Part shown: piece by piece, positions 59,209 through 64,000 of the stretch | How positions within the stretch are numbered: the stretch's first letter is position 1 | Layout: each line of letters begins with the position of its first letter | From: Candidatus Omnitrophota bacterium | GTDB lineage: Bacteria > Omnitrophota > Gorgyraeia > Zapsychrales > Zapsychraceae | Assembly: GCA_023247445.1 (NCBI GenBank) | Contig: JAHFGL010000004.1 | Coordinates: forward strand, 72,968 to 136,967 | Direction of reading: 5' to 3' | Length of the DNA stretch: 64,000 nucleotides | Program-made: the position numbers and the translations under genes | The notes under the pieces: model-generated | Databases searched by the model: none | Told to the model about the DNA's origin: nothing | The model's input: the letters and a program-made list of their open reading frames with translations, nothing else

Positions 59209-60327
59209 ATGAAAGTAAGAAGAAACATACTTCTTAATCCCGGTCCAGCGACAACGAGTGATAGTGTTAAGAAGGCCCTCATCGTTGCGGATATTTGCCC
59301 GCGGGAAAAAGAATTCGTCAAGGTTGTTGATGGTGTCCGTCTAGATTTAGTCAAGATAGTTAAAGGCGATGGGCAGTATGCCTGTATTCTCTTGGCTGGA
59401 TCTGGAACGGCCGCCATGGATGCCTGCATTAATTCAGTTGCCCCACCCAAAAGTAGGATTGCGATTATCAACAATGGTGCCTATGGTAAGCGCTTAATTG
59501 ACATTGCAAAGTCTTATTCTCTAGATTATGTCGAAATACAATCAGCTTGGGAAAAGCCGCTCGATCCAAGTGTCGTTGAAGCAGTGCTTAAAAATGATCC
59601 ATCAATACGTTGTTTAGCGATGGTCCATCATGAGACAACAACCGGCCTGTTGAATCCATTAAAAGAGGTGGGAGCGATTGCGAAAAATTATAATTGCACA
59701 TTTATTGTCGATGCCATTTCTAGTTTTGCGGGTATTCCAATTGACATAAAAAAATGTCATGTCGATTTTTTGATATCGACCGCTAATAAGTGCATTCAGG
59801 GAATGCCTGGACTGGCTTTTATTATCTGCCACCAACCGGAATTAGCAAAGATTAGAAATTATCCTCGCCGTTCTTTTTATTTAAGTTTGTTTGATGAATA
59901 TAGTTATTATCAAAAAACAGGAGAGACGCGCTTTACCCCTCCGGTACAGGTGGTATATGCCCTGCGGCAGGCGATTAAGGAATATTCAAAGGAAGGCGCC
60001 ACGGGGCGTTATAAGCGTTATACGGCCAATTGGAAGGTCTTGCGCGATGGATTAGAGAGGATGGGATTTAAGTTTTTATTAAGGAAAGAAGATGAGTCAC
60101 ATATTTTAATGACCATGATGGAGCCGAATCATCCCAAATATAATTTTGATAAAATGCATGATCTTTTGTACAAGAAAGGTTTTACGATTTATCCCGGGAA
60201 GATTGGCCAGCTCAAAACATTTCGATTAGCGAATATGGGGGACATTAACCCAGCAGATATTAAACGTTTTTTACAAGAGTTAAAGAATGTATTAAAGAAA
60301 ATGGAAGTTTATTTAAAGAATGACTAA
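59209..60327 (+). CDS. phnW: 2-aminoethylphosphonate aminotransferase (AepZ/PhnW family)
   Basis: LLNPGP.TT, GSGT, NGAYG.R, HHETTTG.LN, DAISSF, ANKCIQGMPG, RFTPP, GFTIYPGK. Confidence 0.9.
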   Translation: MKVRRNILLNPGPATTSDSVKKALIVADICPREKEFVKVVDGVRLDLVKIVKGDGQYACILLAGSGTAAMDACINSVAPPKSRIAIINNGAYGKRLIDIAKSYSLDYVEIQSAWEKPLDPSVVEAVLKNDPSIRCLAMVHHETTTGLLNPLKEVGAIAKNYNCTFIVDAISSFAGIPIDIKKCHVDFLISTANKCIQGMPGLAFIICHQPELAKIRNYPRRSFYLSLFDEYSYYQKTGETRFTPPVQVVYALRQAIKEYSKEGATGRYKRYTANWKVLRDGLERMGFKFLLRKEDESHILMTMMEPNHPKYNFDKMHDLLYKKGFTIYPGKIGQLKTFRLANMGDINPADIKRFLQELKNVLKKMEVYLKND

Positions 60328-62425
60328 GGATCAAAATAAAAATGAGTCTCCCTATGTGTGCTGGGTTGATCACGTAAGTTTTTTAGCTCTGGCCAGAATC
60401 CTTTTCTTAAGGCTACAGTATCCTTTCACAGCCATCCGTTACATCACGATCAGTCTCCAGGTTAAGAAAATCGTCGAGCGTTTCTTAAAATCACTCAAAT
60501 TTGAAAATGTGTATTTATTCGCGAATAATGTATCTCCTCACGAAGAGATGGCGATTACCAATAAGACATATGACGATACGGTTTCTTTCATCGATCAAGT
60601 CATCAAACCTTCAGAATCTGTTACGCCAATGCTTAGTTTTATTGACGAGCGTTACAACAAAGAAACAATTGATTTCTTTATGAAGCAAGAAATTGCCTTT
60701 GAGATCGATGTCCCTTTAAGGCTTTTTAACTGTATTATTTTTCAAAGTCAAAAGACCAGAGGAACAGCAGCATCTAAAAATATCGTTCTTATCAAAGATA
60801 ATTATTGGATAGATTATTTTAGGTCTTTTTATGCTTCACATGTTATCCAGGTGAGTGCGTATCCAAATATTAAAGAATTTATCAACAAAATTTATGTTTT
60901 CTTTAAATTAATCGTTGAGATTTTTTTAAATGGAATTCTTTTAGTGTTGGGTAAGAAAATAAATGATCAGGAGTTTAATGCCTCGGCTAAAATTGCTGTC
61001 TTACATGCGCAAGGAGTAAATCTAGAGAAAAAGACTGATTATTTCTGGTTTCCCGGTTCTGGCATAAATTCAGAGCAGATTCTTCTGTACTTTAAATATC
61101 CTACCAGACCACCCAGTCCAGAGGTTTTAGAGTTTGTGAATCGTAATAAAATTCCTTGGATTAACCTTTTGCCATGGAAAATTGGACATAAGAAATTATT
61201 GGGCGCAACGGCAGAATTCAATCGTTTCCCTGACAAGGGGTATCTTAAATTATTAATGCAGACACTCAAAACAAGCATCCGGATATTGTTTTTTTGTTTA
61301 ATCAATCGCCGACGAAAACTGTTTGGTTTTTGGAAATTTTTAACAGCGCTGTTGGCCACGATCAATTTTTTTGAAGCTTTTTTTAAGACTTACAATATCA
61401 AAGTCCATTTTGCCATGCATGATGGAGGGCGTGATATGGTGGCGGCCAATATTGCCATTGAGGTCGTTGGTGGAATTGATTTGTGCACGCACTGGTCTAG
61501 TTATGACACTACGATGTTAACGATGGGCAAAAGTCACGATGTTTGTTTTACCTGGGGCCCTTTTTTTACTAAGCATTTTTTTAGTAAGCCCTACTATTCA
61601 TTTAAAAATTTTGTTTATAGTGGCTATCTTTTTGATCGATCATTTGAATCATGTCAGAAAAAATCTAAGAAATATCGGCAACAACTTTTAAATGAAGGGG
61701 CAGAGTTTATTATTTGTCTATTTGACCAAAATAATCCCATCGAACGGCCTTTATGGAATCAGGAAGTTGAGAAATTATATCGTCGTCTCCTTGAGCTTGT
61801 CATTAAAGATAAAAAGTTGGGTCTTATTATCAAACCTAAAAAAATAAATCCAAAGGTCAAGCTATCGGCGATTGCTTCATTACTTCAAGAAGCTGAAACG
61901 ACCAAACGGTGTTTTGTTTTGATGGGAGATACTTTCCCTAATGAGGCCTCGCAAGCTTCTGATTTAGCTATCGGAGTATCGGTTGCCAGTACACCAACCG
62001 TCGAGGCTGCTTTGGCTGGGGCGAAGTGCATTACCTTTGATTTGGAAAGTCATTACGAGCATCCGTTTTATAAAGAGGGTCATCATAAGATTGTTTTTGA
62101 TGATTTGGATGAAATGTTTGAAACCATCGCCCGTTTTCGTTTAGAGCCATTATCTAGAAAAGGATTTGGCGATTATTCTTTTATTCTGCCTGAGATTGAT
62201 CCTTTCCGTGATCATAAAGCCTCAGAACGTATTGGGATTTATATCCGTGTTTTGCTGGAAGAGTTTGTTAAAGGGCATAATAAAGCAAGGGTTATCAACG
62301 TTGCCAACGAGTTTTATCGCCGTCAATATGGTCAAGATAAAGTGCTTGAGAGAAGCTTAAGCAGTGATGCAACGAGTGTTGAAAACATGGTGGATTCAAT
62401 TGTGTTGTCCAAAAGAGGAATTTAA
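60320..62425 (+). CDS. Surface-carbohydrate biosynthesis protein of unknown family (possible GT-B sugar transferase)
   Basis: 701 aa, translationally coupled in the operon; IIKPKK, STPTVEAALAG and IDPFRD.KA motifs suggest a Rossmann C-domain. Confidence 0.5.
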   Translation: MTKDQNKNESPYVCWVDHVSFLALARILFLRLQYPFTAIRYITISLQVKKIVERFLKSLKFENVYLFANNVSPHEEMAITNKTYDDTVSFIDQVIKPSESVTPMLSFIDERYNKETIDFFMKQEIAFEIDVPLRLFNCIIFQSQKTRGTAASKNIVLIKDNYWIDYFRSFYASHVIQVSAYPNIKEFINKIYVFFKLIVEIFLNGILLVLGKKINDQEFNASAKIAVLHAQGVNLEKKTDYFWFPGSGINSEQILLYFKYPTRPPSPEVLEFVNRNKIPWINLLPWKIGHKKLLGATAEFNRFPDKGYLKLLMQTLKTSIRILFFCLINRRRKLFGFWKFLTALLATINFFEAFFKTYNIKVHFAMHDGGRDMVAANIAIEVVGGIDLCTHWSSYDTTMLTMGKSHDVCFTWGPFFTKHFFSKPYYSFKNFVYSGYLFDRSFESCQKKSKKYRQQLLNEGAEFIICLFDQNNPIERPLWNQEVEKLYRRLLELVIKDKKLGLIIKPKKINPKVKLSAIASLLQEAETTKRCFVLMGDTFPNEASQASDLAIGVSVASTPTVEAALAGAKCITFDLESHYEHPFYKEGHHKIVFDDLDEMFETIARFRLEPLSRKGFGDYSFILPEIDPFRDHKASERIGIYIRVLLEEFVKGHNKARVINVANEFYRRQYGQDKVLERSLSSDATSVENMVDSIVLSKRGI

Positions 62426-62427
62426 TC

Positions 62428-63519
62428 GTGCAAGTCAAAGATGATGCGGCATTATTAAAGATGATGATGGAGGATTTGAAAAAAGCGCCGGAGCTTTATC
62501 GACCAACCAATTATTGGCAATGTTATGAAGAAAAATTTGCTGCTGAATTATTTAAGGTTGGGTTACATGATTTTCGTCGTCGAAATAATTCCGTTCTTTC
62601 GAGCTTCGCTGGAACAGATTTAGCCGAGAAATATGCAATTGATCTTTTGGCGAGCCGGTTATTTAACAATCGCTATACACGTCTGATTCCGTTTTGGCAT
62701 AAATTTCTTTCTTTTTGGAATTCTATACTTAACAAGCTTCTGCCCATTACAACACCATATAACATAACAACCGAGGATATTCAGCACTTGGCGTATTCGG
62801 TTGCCCGTTTAAAGGCTGAGAAGACAAACGCAAAACCTATTGATCAATTTGACACCTCATTAGCGGGTAATCCCGAAGATGTTTTTGTTATTAATGACAA
62901 GGCGTATACAACGCATCACTTTGATTACTATCTTAATTACGTCTACTGCACCAAATTTCTTGATTTTAGCAAAGTTAAATTGTTTGTAGAGTTAGGCAGC
63001 GGCGCTGGACGGCAGATTGAGGTTTTAAAGAAACTATATCCGCAGATGACATTTTGTCTTTATGACATTCCACCACAGATTTATGTTTGTGAACAATATT
63101 TGAGTTCGGTTTTTCCTGGGCAGGTGGTTTCTTATCGTCAGACACGAGGGATGAAAACAGTCCCATCGGGTGACGGAAAGATTTATATCTTTGGCAGCTG
63201 GGATTTTGAAATGGTTAAGAATATGCCGGTTGATCTATTCTGGAATTGTGCCAGCTTTCAAGAAATGGAACCGGAGATTGTGGCAAATTATCTTTCCTTC
63301 GTGAATAAAAGCGCGGCCAATGTGTTTTTATTAGAGGCCACCCGTGGCCAACATGTGGCCAAGCAAAAAGGTGAGCCAGGGGTTCTGCGTAAGACAACAT
63401 TTGATGATTACAAACAAGGGCTTAAGGATTTTAAGTTAGTTGATTTGTCGCCTGTTGTTTCAATCCCAAAGATGCATTCAGAAAACGATCACAGCATATC
63501 TTTCTGGAAAAAAAGTTAA
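62428..63519 (+). CDS. Putative sugar O-methyltransferase (SAM-dependent)
   Basis: P..YW N-terminal motif, VELGSGAG, DIPPQ, DLFWN.ASFQEM...V.NY. Confidence 0.8.
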   Translation: MQVKDDAALLKMMMEDLKKAPELYRPTNYWQCYEEKFAAELFKVGLHDFRRRNNSVLSSFAGTDLAEKYAIDLLASRLFNNRYTRLIPFWHKFLSFWNSILNKLLPITTPYNITTEDIQHLAYSVARLKAEKTNAKPIDQFDTSLAGNPEDVFVINDKAYTTHHFDYYLNYVYCTKFLDFSKVKLFVELGSGAGRQIEVLKKLYPQMTFCLYDIPPQIYVCEQYLSSVFPGQVVSYRQTRGMKTVPSGDGKIYIFGSWDFEMVKNMPVDLFWNCASFQEMEPEIVANYLSFVNKSAANVFLLEATRGQHVAKQKGEPGVLRKTTFDDYKQGLKDFKLVDLSPVVSIPKMHSENDHSISFWKKS

Positions 63520-63520
63520 T

Positions 63521-64000
63521 ATGAAGATTGTCCTTTTAGAATTTATTGATGAAGCCAAGGCCTTGATGGACAGCTATGGGAGAGATTTCTTTACCCAAAA
63601 AGATATCAAAGTCATTTGTCTTCATCCGAAGGTGCATGCGTATTTTAAAAAAGAAGGGATTGAGGCGCTTGATACAATTCCATTTTTAAGTAATGAAGCT
63701 CAGCATCGGATTATTCGTAAGAGTGAAGATCTTACGTTGAAATTAATGGCTGAACTAAATTTGGTCGATGGATTTAATATCCGCCAAGGATATCGAGAGG
63801 TTTGCATCCATCACCTGCGTTTATATCTGAATCATTTTCTTTGGATATTAGAAGTTCTAAACGGCGTTCGCGAAAAATATAAGATTGAACAAGTGTATGC
63901 GTGTGTGCCAAGTAACCGTCAATCGATGTATTTACGAAAAGGATATATTCAGAAAACAGAACGGTTTTTAGGGTTACTCGCCAAAGATTTTTGTGACAAG
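63521..64000 (+). CDS. Hypothetical glycan-locus protein, 3'-truncated
   Basis: ATG 63521 lies just after the previous stop; MKIVLLEFIDEAKAL... stays open to the window end. Confidence 0.6.
   Translation, partial: MKIVLLEFIDEAKALMDSYGRDFFTQKDIKVICLHPKVHAYFKKEGIEALDTIPFLSNEAQHRIIRKSEDLTLKLMAELNLVDGFNIRQGYREVCIHHLRLYLNHFLWILEVLNGVREKYKIEQVYACVPSNRQSMYLRKGYIQKTERFLGLLAKDFCDK

Noticed and set aside
59209-60327. AEP catabolism (phnWX or phnYZ)
   Set aside because: No phnX, phnA or phnZ is present, and pepM plus ppd indicate the biosynthetic direction.
389-63400. Numerous short antisense or alternate-frame ORFs in the ORF track (for example 389-748, 6941-7261, 17159-17545, 42691-43047)
   Set aside because: They lie within well-supported genes and show no recognisable motifs; treated as shadow ORFs.

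Overview
AT-rich (roughly 38-40% GC by eye) chromosomal segment of a diderm bacterium. The giant GGIDF-tailed protein and the gene content suggest Candidatus Omnitrophota (inference only). In order, the window holds: (1) the 3' part of a giant multidomain protein (apparently circularly permuted GT-B glycosyltransferase, a Pol-beta-type nucleotidyltransferase and a GGIDF C-terminal tail) and a PEP-CTERM protein; (2) a B12/methionine block: metH, a putative TA pair, a CMD-DUF5522-Dph6-like trio, and a cobalamin riboswitch ahead of btuB-F-D-C; (3) an orphan NuoF-like gene, CcdA, a Met-rich secreted peptide and two YceI paralogues. The YceI genes bracket a large NHL/TSP3/Ig/CFI-box surface protein gene that is flanked by IS200/IS605-like end hairpins and preceded by an unusual c-di-GMP-I-like riboswitch with inserted hairpins; (4) metF and a GT2/GT-C glycosylation block; (5) from about 35 kb to the window end, a large surface-glycan operon: MarR-type regulator with operator, ABC flippase, a legionaminic-acid pathway with an amidino-transfer module, and a phosphonate pathway. 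The phosphonate genes are PepM-cytidylyltransferase, a second cytidylyltransferase, Ppd, AEP transaminase, a CDP-alcohol transferase, two B12 radical-SAM enzymes and a PhnY-like dioxygenase. No CRISPR array, rRNA or tRNA was recognised.
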